DNA of 64,000 nt. Source: an uncultured Fibrobacteraceae bacterium. Its GTDB lineage: Bacteria; Krumholzibacteriota; Krumholzibacteriia; LZORAL124-64-63. Within the stretch, counting starts at the first letter, position 1, and every line of letters begins with the position of its first letter. The notes beneath the pieces are model-generated. The model was given only the letters and a program-made list of their open reading frames with translations. It did not search any database and was not told where the DNA came from. This document shows positions 41,583-50,129 of this stretch, in pieces. The DNA is taken from positions 32,406-96,405 of the forward strand of contig CAYFKR010000014.1 of assembly GCA_964343835.1 (NCBI GenBank). The letters run 5' to 3'. A program made the position numbers and the translations under genes.

Positions 41583-41592
41583 CAAGGTGTTT

Positions 41593-42129
41593 TCAGGACG
41601 ACGGGCGGACGACCCTGAGGGCCGAGACGGCATCATGAAGGGCGGGCCGGCCCATGAGGGCTGGAAGGCACCCGACCAGGGCCATGGCGCCCAGGCCGGA
41701 AGCCGCGACGACAGTCGACCACGACCCGGAGGCCAGACCGACCGCCGGCGCCCATGCCGCCGCCGCTTTCACCAGGAACCGGATCATGAGCCTGCCGCGG
41801 GACGGATCCACGCCGCACGGGTCGACGATCGACAGCCCGACGGCCGCCTTTCCCGGCGACACGCCCGCGATGGGCTCAGCAAGAAGCAACAGGGCCGTCG
41901 CAGCAGGCAATCCGTACACCAGATCCCCTGCCGCTCCCAGGATCATGGCCGTACCGCCTGTCCAGGGGCCGTCCGGATCCCCGATATGCAGGGCCGGGAC
42001 GGCCCGGCCTGCGAACCAGCGGCCCAGGGTTCCGGAGAGCAATGCGGCGAGGACGAGGGAGAGGGTCGCGTCCAGGACCGCGGCGGCGAGGCGTCGCGGT
42101 CCCGTCGCGCGGGGCAGGATCAGCGCCAC
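41593..42129 (-). CDS. RDD-family membrane protein
   Basis: GKAAVGLSIVDPCGVDPSRGRLMIRFLVK resembles the RDD-family core, flanked by TM helices. Confidence 0.45.
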   Translation of the reverse strand: MALILPRATGPRRLAAAVLDATLSLVLAALLSGTLGRWFAGRAVPALHIGDPDGPWTGGTAMILGAAGDLVYGLPAATALLLLAEPIAGVSPGKAAVGLSIVDPCGVDPSRGRLMIRFLVKAAAAWAPAVGLASGSWSTVVAASGLGAMALVGCLPALMGRPALHDAVSALRVVRPSS

Positions 42130-42704
42130 GACGCCTTCAGTTCGCTCCAGCTCGCGTCCTCGTAGGCGACGGCGCGGGTGAGCGACACGTTGCCCTCGCC
42201 GCCGGAGGGGGAGGTGAAGTCGAAGGTACCGGTGATCTCGGATGCGGTGACGGTGCCCGTGAAGGTGAAGGCCCCGAAGCTCATGGGGGCGGTGACCGAG
42301 CCGGTACCGCTGCCGTTGCCGTCGACCAGGGTGCCCTCGCCGTCGCCCACCGAGTCGGCGGAGAACGTGAAGGTCAGGGTGTTGCCGGACAGGGTGCCGC
42401 TGGCGCTGCCGGTCATCACGCCGATGCCGGGCCAGCCGATGGAGGTGAGGTCGATGGAGCCGGTGGCGTTCCAGTCGTTGCCGTCCACGGTGACGTCCAT
42501 GGACACGTCGCCCTGCACGAAGTAGATGGTGTCTTCCCAGGTGCCCTGCCAGTGTCCCGTCAGGTCGGGGACGGCGACGGGGGAGAGGGGGGCGGCCGGG
42601 GTGGCTCGGTGCCGGCCGGGGGCCGCGCCGAGGATGGCCAGCAGGCCGGCGGCGACGAACAGGACGGTCAGGTAGAGGCGCAGGGGTGAGCGGGAACGGA
42701 GCAT
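42120..42704 (-). CDS. hypothetical secreted Gly/Thr-rich protein
   Basis: GGAGGG RBS before the ATG at 42704. Signal-peptide-like LYLTVLFVAAGLLAILGAA. No recognised domain. Confidence 0.4.
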   Translation of the reverse strand: MLRSRSPLRLYLTVLFVAAGLLAILGAAPGRHRATPAAPLSPVAVPDLTGHWQGTWEDTIYFVQGDVSMDVTVDGNDWNATGSIDLTSIGWPGIGVMTGSASGTLSGNTLTFTFSADSVGDGEGTLVDGNGSGTGSVTAPMSFGAFTFTGTVTASEITGTFDFTSPSGGEGNVSLTRAVAYEDASWSELKASWR

Positions 42705-42914
42705 GGCGGGAACCCTCCGGAATGAGCAGGAATGCCGAGTTTCCAACATTCTATCAGGCTGTTGGACGAGTGCAGCGGGTGATCCGATGAAACTGCTCCT
42801 GATTTATCACAGGTTCATCGGCGGCGGAGCTCACCACGGCCCCTTGAAATCCAAGGATTTCGGTCTATTCTTGAACCGTGACCGACGACATCCCCCATCC
42901 GGAGGCTTCCCGCG

Positions 42915-43703
42915 ATGATGCGCTTCATGCTCGTGCTGACGACCCTGGCCCTGCTGGCCGGCTGCAACTCCACCGACCAGGACGCCGTGGCCGACGCCAA
43001 CCGCGCCGGCTCCATGCCCGCCGGTCATTCCGCCAACGACGGCCATGATCACGGCGCCGCTCCCGCCGGCTCCGGCGGCATCGTCGGCGAGGTGCTCGAG
43101 ACCATGAACTCGGGCGGCTACACCTACGTGCTGGTCAAGACCGCCGACGGCGACGTCTGGGCCGCCGGTCCCGAGACCACGATCGCCGTGGGCGACCAGG
43201 TGGACCTGGGACAGGGCATGCTCATGCCCAACTTCCGCAGCGAAACCCTGGACCGCACCTTCGAGGCCATCTACTTCGTGGGCGCCGTCCAGACCGCCGA
43301 CGCCGCCGCGGCCGAGGCCGTGCAGGGCGCCATGAACCAGGCCCACGCCGGCGTGCCCTCCACCGAGACCAGCGTCACCGCGGGTGATGTGAACAAGGCC
43401 GACGGCGGCCAGACCATTGCCGAGCTCCACGGCATGGGCGCGTCGGCCGGCGGCACCGCCGTGCTGGTGCGCGGCAAGGTCGTGAAGGTGAACATGAACA
43501 TCATGGGCACCAACTGGTACCACATCCAGGACGGCAGCGCCGAGGGCGGCCAGGGCGACCTGACGGTCACCTCCGAGGCCCGCCTGAACATGGGCGACAC
43601 CGTGCTGGTGCGCGGCACCGCCACCGTCGACAAGGACTTCGGCGCCGGCTACCGCTACGACCTGATCGTCGAGAACGCCCAGGTGACCGTCGAATCGATG
43701 TAG
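42915..43703 (+). CDS. lipoprotein with two tandem OB-fold-like (BOF/YgiW-like) repeats
   Basis: Lipobox LLAGCN. Two repeats, GEVLETMNSGGYTYVLVKTADGDVW and GKVVKVNMNIMGTNWYHIQDG. Confidence 0.4.
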   Translation: MMRFMLVLTTLALLAGCNSTDQDAVADANRAGSMPAGHSANDGHDHGAAPAGSGGIVGEVLETMNSGGYTYVLVKTADGDVWAAGPETTIAVGDQVDLGQGMLMPNFRSETLDRTFEAIYFVGAVQTADAAAAEAVQGAMNQAHAGVPSTETSVTAGDVNKADGGQTIAELHGMGASAGGTAVLVRGKVVKVNMNIMGTNWYHIQDGSAEGGQGDLTVTSEARLNMGDTVLVRGTATVDKDFGAGYRYDLIVENAQVTVESM

Positions 43704-43731
43704 GTTCAACCTGCATACCCCGGAGGCGTCC

Positions 43732-44943
43732 GTGTCCCAGCGCACCATCCTGCACGTGGACATGGACGCCTTCTTTGCGTCCGTCGAGGTCCTCGACGAC
43801 CCCTCCCTCCGCGGGAAACCCGTGATCGTGGGCGGCACCCCCGAGGGTCGCGGCGTGGTGGCCGCCGCCAGCTACGAGGCCCGGGCCTTCGGCGTGCGCA
43901 GCGCCATGAGCGCCGCCCGTGCCGTGAAGCTCTGCCCGGACGGAGTGTTCCTGCGGGGGCGGATGTCCCGCTATGCCGAGATCTCCTCGCTGATCTTCGA
44001 CGTCTTTCACGACATCACGCCCCTGGTGGAGCCCCTGTCGGTGGACGAGGCCTTCCTGGACGTGGGCGGTTGCCGTCGGCTGTTCGGCGACGGCCCGGCC
44101 ATCGGTCGCATGATCAAGGAACGCATCCGCGACGAGGTGGGGCTGGTGGCGTCGGTGGGGGTGGCCCGGAACAAGTTCCTGGCCAAGCTGGCCAGCGACC
44201 TCGAGAAGCCCGACGGCTTCACCGTGGTGCCCGACGACGTGCAGGCCTTCCTGGATCCGCTGCCCGTGGGCAGGATCTGGGGCGTGGGGCCGCGGTCGCA
44301 ACAGGTGCTGGAGGAACTGGGGGTGCGGGCCATCGGCGAGCTCCGGCGCGTCGACCCCGTGCGGCTCGAAACCCGGATCGGTCCGGTCCATGCCGCCCAC
44401 ATCTCCGCCCTGGCTAGGGGCGAGGACGACCGACCGGTGGTCACCGACCACGAAGCGAAATCCATCGGCCACGAGATCACCTTCGCCGAGGATGTGGGCG
44501 ACCGCGACGCCCTGGTGGACGTGTTGGACCAGATGGCCCACAAGGTGGCCCGCCGCCTGCGTCGAGCCGAGGCCCGGGCCCGCACCGTCCAGCTCAAGGC
44601 CCGCTACCCCGATTTCACCACCCACACCCGCGCCCAGACGCTTCCCGAGCCCACCGACTCCACCCGCACCCTCCGCGACACCGCTCGGGCCCTGCTCGAC
44701 GGCTCCCTGGAGCGCCGCGGCCGCCCCCTGCGCCTGATCGGCATGAGCGCTCAGAACCTGGTGCGGGGCGGCGTCGCCCAGGGAGAACTCTTCGCGGATC
44801 CGGACGCCGAGCGCGACCGTACCCTGGACGGCCTGATGGACGAGGCCGCCGACAAGTGGGGCCGGGCCGCCCTCACCCGCGGGCTGCAGCGCATGGATCC
44901 CGGTTCCCGCGAGGGCCGCGACGACGGCGGCGATCAGGACTGA
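43732..44943 (+). CDS. dinB: DNA polymerase IV (Y-family)
   Basis: ILHVDMDAFFASVE...KPVIVGG...SIDEAFLDV are canonical Y-family motifs. Confidence 0.85.
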   Translation: MSQRTILHVDMDAFFASVEVLDDPSLRGKPVIVGGTPEGRGVVAAASYEARAFGVRSAMSAARAVKLCPDGVFLRGRMSRYAEISSLIFDVFHDITPLVEPLSVDEAFLDVGGCRRLFGDGPAIGRMIKERIRDEVGLVASVGVARNKFLAKLASDLEKPDGFTVVPDDVQAFLDPLPVGRIWGVGPRSQQVLEELGVRAIGELRRVDPVRLETRIGPVHAAHISALARGEDDRPVVTDHEAKSIGHEITFAEDVGDRDALVDVLDQMAHKVARRLRRAEARARTVQLKARYPDFTTHTRAQTLPEPTDSTRTLRDTARALLDGSLERRGRPLRLIGMSAQNLVRGGVAQGELFADPDAERDRTLDGLMDEAADKWGRAALTRGLQRMDPGSREGRDDGGDQD

Positions 44944-45013
44944 TCCGATCCCCGCTTGCGGGCCGCGCCCTGCTCTGCGATCCTGCTCCCACACCCCGAA
45001 CCGAAGGACGACC

Positions 45014-45508
45014 ATGCGCAAGACCATCGTCGGCGTCATGGGGGGCTGCTCCGCCAGCGCGGAGGCCCTCGAGGGCGCATACCACATCGGCCGGCTCATC
45101 GCGGAGAACGGCTGGACCCTGCTCAACGGCGGCCGTCCCGAGGGCATCATGGACGCCTCCGCCCGCGGCGCGAAGGAGGCCGGCGGCACCGTCATCGGCA
45201 TCCTCTTCGACGACGACCGCGACAACGCCAGCCCCTACCTGGACTACGTGCTGCCCACGGGCCTGGGCTCGGGCCGCAACATCGTCAACGTGCTGAGCAG
45301 CGACGTGGTGGTGGCCTGCGAGGGCAACGGCGGCACCATGAGCGAGATCGCCATGGCCCTGCGCTTCGAGCGCCGGGTCATCGTGCTGGGGTTCGATCCC
45401 GGCGCGGCGTTCCTGGACCGCTGCGGCAAGGGGGAGTGGAGCCTGGCGGCCACCCCCGAAGAGGCCGCGGAACAGATCAAGGCCCACCTGGGCGTGCCGA
45501 CAACCTGA
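45014..45508 (+). CDS. TIGR00725-family protein (SLOG/LOG-like Rossmann fold)
   Basis: 164 aa. IVGVMGG...GWTLLNGGRPEGIMDASARGAKEAGGTVIGIL...ACEGNGGTMSEI is the LOG/DprA-like Rossmann signature. Confidence 0.55.
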   Translation: MRKTIVGVMGGCSASAEALEGAYHIGRLIAENGWTLLNGGRPEGIMDASARGAKEAGGTVIGILFDDDRDNASPYLDYVLPTGLGSGRNIVNVLSSDVVVACEGNGGTMSEIAMALRFERRVIVLGFDPGAAFLDRCGKGEWSLAATPEEAAEQIKAHLGVPTT

Positions 45509-45511
45509 GCC

Positions 45512-47533
45512 ATGTGTGGAATCTGCGGAGCCATCGCCCTGAAGGGCACCCTGGAAGCGCCGGCCGGATCGGTCGAGCGCATGATCGGCGTGCTGTCCCA
45601 TCGCGGTCCCGACGAGTACGGCTCGTGGGGCGATGAGCGCACGCTGCTGGGCCATGCCCGCCTGAGCATCATCGACCTGGGCTCCGGCCAGCAACCCATG
45701 GGCACCGCCGACGGCCGCGTGTGGATCACCTTCAACGGCGAGATCTTCAACTACGTCGAATTGCGCGAGGACCTCCGAGCCAAGGGGCACGCGTTCCGGA
45801 CGTCCAGCGACACCGAGGTGATCCTGGCCGCCTGGCGCGAGTGGGGCGCCGCCTGCGTGGAGCGGTTCAACGGCCAGTTCGCCTTCGCGATCGTGGACCG
45901 CGACGCCCGCCGCGTGTTCATGGCCCGCGACCGGTTCGGCATCCGGCCCCTGTACCACACCCGCTGCGGCGACGTGCTGCTGTTCGCGTCGGAGATCAAG
46001 TCCCTGGCGGCCTGGCCCGGCTGCCGGGTGGAGCTGGACCCGGCGTCGCTGGGCGAGGTCTTCACCACCTGGGTGAACGTGCCGCCCCGCACCCCGTTCA
46101 GGGACGTGTGGCAGCTTCCTGCCGGCCACCTGCTGGAGCTGGACCTGGACGGCGACGGCCGCATGCCCGAGCCCCGGCGCTGGTGGCGACCGGACTTCCT
46201 GCCTGCCGCCGAGGACCACCGCCACGTCGAGACCGACGAGCGCGACCGCATGGCCCACGAGGTGCGCGAGGCCCTGGCCGACGCCGCCGAGATCCGGCTG
46301 CGCGCCGATGTCCCGGTGGGGGCGTATCTGAGCGGCGGCCTCGACTCGTCGGCCACTGCGGCCCTCGTGCGTGAACGCACGGGAAACCGCCTGAAGACCT
46401 TCAGCGTCGGCTTCACCGACGCCGCCTACGACGAGACCTCCTGGCAGTCCATGATGGCCGACCACCTGGGCACCGACCACGAGAGCATCCGCGTGGGCGA
46501 CGCCGAGATCGCCGGCGGGTTCGCCCGCGTGGTCTGGCACGCCGAGTCGCCGTTGCTGCGCACCGCGCCCGCGCCCTTGTACGCCCTGTCGGGGCTGGTG
46601 CGGGAGCAGGACTTCAAGGTGGTGCTCACGGGCGAGGGCGCCGACGAGGTGTTCGGCGGCTACAACATCCTGCGCGAGGCCAAGGTGCGGGCGTTCTGGG
46701 CGCGGGAGCCGGAGTCGTCGCGACGGCCGAAGCTCCTTACACGCCTGTATCCGTACCTGCAGCAGTCGCCGCCGGAGTTCATGATCCGCTTCTACGGGGC
46801 GGGCCTGGACGGGGCGCTGACCGATCCCTGCTTCTCGCATCGGCCGCGCTGGAACAACACGTCGCGCATCATGACCTTCCTGCGTCCCGAGATCGCAGAG
46901 GGGGCCGCCTCCGCCGCCGCCGCGGGCGAGGAGCGGTACCGCGCCTCCCTGCCGCCCGAATTCCGGGACTGGGGCCCCGTGGCACGCGCCCAGTACCTGG
47001 AGATGACCCTGTTCATGGCCGGCTACCTGCTGTCGAGCCAGGGCGACCGCATGCTGATGGGCCACACCGTGGAGGGGCGCTTCCCGTTCCTGGACCACAA
47101 CGTTGCGGAACTGGCCGGCCGGATTCCGGCCTCGGTGAAGCTGGCGTCGTTGGAGGAAAAGGCTTTATTGAAGCGGTCGGTGGCCGATCTGCTCCCCGTG
47201 GAGATCACGCGGCGGCCCAAGCAGCCGTACCGCGCGCCGGATTCGGCCAGCTTCTTCACGGGCTACGGAGCGGACCTGGTGGCCGAGGCCACCGACCCCG
47301 ACGAGCTCGTGAGGGCCGGGCTGTTCGCTCCGGAGCGCGTGACCGCCCTGCTGCGCAAGTGGCAGGCGGGACGACTGACGAGCGTCCGCGACAACATGGC
47401 CTTCACGGGGGTTCTCAGCGCCCAGATCCTGTCCCGCCAGTTCGGGCCGGACCTGGAGCGGAGGATCCGCAACGCGACCCTTCCCGCCGGCGCCGTCGTG
47501 AGGCGCGGCGGCGACGACCAAGACAACGACTGA
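45512..47533 (+). CDS. asparagine synthase-family glutamine amidotransferase (AsnB-like, long form)
   Basis: MCGICG Ntn nucleophile, RGPDE, SGGLDSS PP-loop. 673 aa. It starts 4 nt after the upstream stop. Confidence 0.8.
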   Translation: MCGICGAIALKGTLEAPAGSVERMIGVLSHRGPDEYGSWGDERTLLGHARLSIIDLGSGQQPMGTADGRVWITFNGEIFNYVELREDLRAKGHAFRTSSDTEVILAAWREWGAACVERFNGQFAFAIVDRDARRVFMARDRFGIRPLYHTRCGDVLLFASEIKSLAAWPGCRVELDPASLGEVFTTWVNVPPRTPFRDVWQLPAGHLLELDLDGDGRMPEPRRWWRPDFLPAAEDHRHVETDERDRMAHEVREALADAAEIRLRADVPVGAYLSGGLDSSATAALVRERTGNRLKTFSVGFTDAAYDETSWQSMMADHLGTDHESIRVGDAEIAGGFARVVWHAESPLLRTAPAPLYALSGLVREQDFKVVLTGEGADEVFGGYNILREAKVRAFWAREPESSRRPKLLTRLYPYLQQSPPEFMIRFYGAGLDGALTDPCFSHRPRWNNTSRIMTFLRPEIAEGAASAAAAGEERYRASLPPEFRDWGPVARAQYLEMTLFMAGYLLSSQGDRMLMGHTVEGRFPFLDHNVAELAGRIPASVKLASLEEKALLKRSVADLLPVEITRRPKQPYRAPDSASFFTGYGADLVAEATDPDELVRAGLFAPERVTALLRKWQAGRLTSVRDNMAFTGVLSAQILSRQFGPDLERRIRNATLPAGAVVRRGGDDQDND

Positions 47534-47549
47534 CGGGGGAGACCTGACG

Positions 47550-47807
47550 ATGGAGCTGAGGGAGCAGATCCGAGGATACCTGATCGAGAACTTCCTGTTC
47601 GGCGACGCCGCGCCGCTGACCGACGACGCCATGAGCCTGCTGGACAACGGCATCATGGACTCGGTGGGCGTGATGGAGCTGGTGGCGTTCCTGGAGGGCG
47701 ACCTGGGCCTGGGCATCGACGACACCGAGCTGGTGCCGGAGAACCTGGACTCCGTGGACAACCTCGTGAACTTCGTGACCCGCAAGCGGGAGGCGAGCGT
47801 GGCGTGA
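47550..47807 (+). CDS. acyl carrier protein
   Basis: 85 aa, acidic, with LDNGIMDSVGVMELV (phosphopantetheine-attachment Ser in a DSL/DSV context). Confidence 0.75.
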   Translation: MELREQIRGYLIENFLFGDAAPLTDDAMSLLDNGIMDSVGVMELVAFLEGDLGLGIDDTELVPENLDSVDNLVNFVTRKREASVA

Positions 47808-49339
47808 CCACCGTTCACGGCATGCTGAGCGCCACCGCCGCCGCGCGGCCCGGCGCACCGGCGCTGACCCACGGCGACCGCACGTGGACCTATGAGGAAC
47901 TGGACCGGGCCGCCGATCGGACGGCCCGGTTCCTTGTTTCCCGGGGCGTGATGCCCGGCGACCGCGTGGCGCTGCTCATGGACAACGGCTTCGACTACGC
48001 CGCGTCGTTCTTCGGCGCGTTGCGTGCCGGCGCCTGCGCCGTGGCCCTGAATCACGCCAACCAGGCCCGCAGCCACGCATCGCTCATCAACGACAGCGGT
48101 GCGGTGGCCTTGCTTGCCCGAGCCGCGCAGGCCCGGCAACTACCCGAGGTGGTGGCCGGGTGCGGCGAGCTGCTGACGGTGGCCATCGATCGCGCGAACC
48201 CGGACTGGAAGCTCCCCGGCATCGATCTGGTGGTGGGCGACGACGCCCTGGACGGCCCCGACCTGCCCCTGCCCGACATCGGCGCCGACGACCTCGCCCT
48301 GATCCTCTACACCAGCGGATCCACGGGCCGCCCCCGCGGCGTGACCCTCACCCACGGCAATCTCTGCGCCAACACGGACCAGATCCTGGCCTACCTGGAC
48401 CTGGGCCCCGACGACAGCGTGGGCTGCGTGCTGCCCTTCCACTACTCCTTCGGCAACTCCCTGCTGCTGACCCACGTGAAGTGCGGCGGTCGCGTGGTGG
48501 TGGACAACCGCTTCGCGTTCCCGCAGAAGGTACTCGACACCCTCGAGGCCGAGCGCTGCGCCGGATTCAGCGGCGTGCCCTCCCACTTCGCGATCCTGGC
48601 CTCGCGCACCGACTTCCTGGAGCGCGAGTGGCCCCACCTGCGCTACCTGACCCAGGCCGGCGGCGCCATGGCCCCGGCCCTGCAGCAGCGTCTCCGCGAG
48701 GCCCTGCCCGACCGCATCGACGTGGTGGTGATGTACGGCCAGACCGAGGCGTCGGCGCGGCTCTCCTGGCTGCCGCCCGACCGGCTCCACGAGAAGTACG
48801 GGTCCATCGGCGTGGGCATCCCCGGCGTGTCGCTGCGGGTGCTGCGGGGCGACGGCAGCGAGTGCGACGTGGGCGAGACGGGCGAGCTGGTGGCGTCCGG
48901 CCCCAACATCATGCAAGGCTACTGGAACGACCCCGACGAGACCGCCACCGTGCTCTTCGACGACGGCCTCCACACCGGCGACCTCGCCACCCGCGACGCC
49001 GACGGCTTCCTGTTCATCGTGGACCGCGTGAAGAACATGATCAAGGCGGGGGCCAACCGCGTGAGCCCCAAGGAGATCGAGGAAGCCATCCTCGAGCTCG
49101 ACGCCGTGGCCGCCGCCTGCGTCCTCGGCGTGCCGGACGATCTGCTGGGGGAGGCAATCGTGGCCTGCGTGGTGCCGTCGGGGGAAGACCTCGACGTGCA
49201 GGCGCTGCTGCGTCACTGCCAGAAGACCCTCGCCCAGTTCAAGATCCCCCAGCGCGTGGAGGTGCTCGAGGAGCTGCCTCTGAGTGCGGCGGGGAAGACG
49301 GATCGGGGGGCGTTGGTGGCGATGCTCGAAAATCCCTGA
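47804..49339 (+). CDS. AMP-dependent synthetase/ligase (fatty-acyl-AMP / acyl-ACP ligase type)
   Basis: LYTSGSTGRPRGV (A3 core), YGQTE, GDLA...DGF, and the C-terminal SAAGKTDR Lys. 4-nt overlap with the ACP gene. Confidence 0.8.
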   Translation: MTTVHGMLSATAAARPGAPALTHGDRTWTYEELDRAADRTARFLVSRGVMPGDRVALLMDNGFDYAASFFGALRAGACAVALNHANQARSHASLINDSGAVALLARAAQARQLPEVVAGCGELLTVAIDRANPDWKLPGIDLVVGDDALDGPDLPLPDIGADDLALILYTSGSTGRPRGVTLTHGNLCANTDQILAYLDLGPDDSVGCVLPFHYSFGNSLLLTHVKCGGRVVVDNRFAFPQKVLDTLEAERCAGFSGVPSHFAILASRTDFLEREWPHLRYLTQAGGAMAPALQQRLREALPDRIDVVVMYGQTEASARLSWLPPDRLHEKYGSIGVGIPGVSLRVLRGDGSECDVGETGELVASGPNIMQGYWNDPDETATVLFDDGLHTGDLATRDADGFLFIVDRVKNMIKAGANRVSPKEIEEAILELDAVAAACVLGVPDDLLGEAIVACVVPSGEDLDVQALLRHCQKTLAQFKIPQRVEVLEELPLSAAGKTDRGALVAMLENP

Positions 49340-49499
49340 GCCTACAAGTAACTCAACATCGCTTACCATGTCAGGGTGTCGTGAACACGCCGTCAACTCC
49401 CGCCGGAGATGGCTCGGCCCCAGGCTCGACAGTGCGGTATGATTCGGCGCGTCCGCATCGACGCAGCCGGACCGCATCCATCATCCGGAAGGTCCCGAC

Positions 49500-50126
49500 A
49501 TGAAGACCGCAGTACTTCTCCTCGTCCTCGCAACATCCGTCGCCGCATCCGCCCAGATCCCCGACTTCCCCTGGGTCGAGATCGTCGACGGTCCCGCCGA
49601 GCCCGCCATGGTGTTCGCCGGCCCGGACGGATCGGTGGGCGACCTTTCCGAGGCCCGGTCCAGGCTTTCCGGGGCGACCATCGACGCCACGATCACCATT
49701 CAGATCCTCGACGGCGCCGGGAATCCCATCGCCAACTATCCGTTCGAGGACATCTGGCTCCAGAGCACCCAGGGGGGGATGGTGCCGTGCAATGGCGGCA
49801 CGGTGTCCGACGTGGACACGGACGGCGACGGCATCACGACCTTCTCCGGCCCCCTGCTGGTGGGCGGCGGCATGGATGCGTCGGCGGGCGAGGTGCTGGA
49901 GGTCTGCCTGAACGGCATGACGTGGCCCCAGTCGGTCGTGGACGTGGTGGTGCTCACCGCGGACCTGAACGGCGACCTCATGGTGAACCTGACCGACACC
50001 ATCGACTTCGCGGCCCTGTACCTGTCCGGGGGATATGCCCCTGCCATCGACTTCCTCTGGGACGGCGAAATCAACCTCTCCGACCTGGTCATCTTCGCAG
50101 GAGCCGTGAACACCGCCTGTCCCTGA
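49500..50126 (+). CDS. secreted protein with a C-terminal dockerin-like (type I, two Ca-binding repeats) module
   Basis: Signal peptide. DLNGDLMVNLTDTIDFAAL and DFLWDGEINLSDLVIFAG fit the dockerin repeat D.N.D..VN..D...L. Confidence 0.5.
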   Translation: MKTAVLLLVLATSVAASAQIPDFPWVEIVDGPAEPAMVFAGPDGSVGDLSEARSRLSGATIDATITIQILDGAGNPIANYPFEDIWLQSTQGGMVPCNGGTVSDVDTDGDGITTFSGPLLVGGGMDASAGEVLEVCLNGMTWPQSVVDVVVLTADLNGDLMVNLTDTIDFAALYLSGGYAPAIDFLWDGEINLSDLVIFAGAVNTACP

Positions 50127-50129
50127 TCC

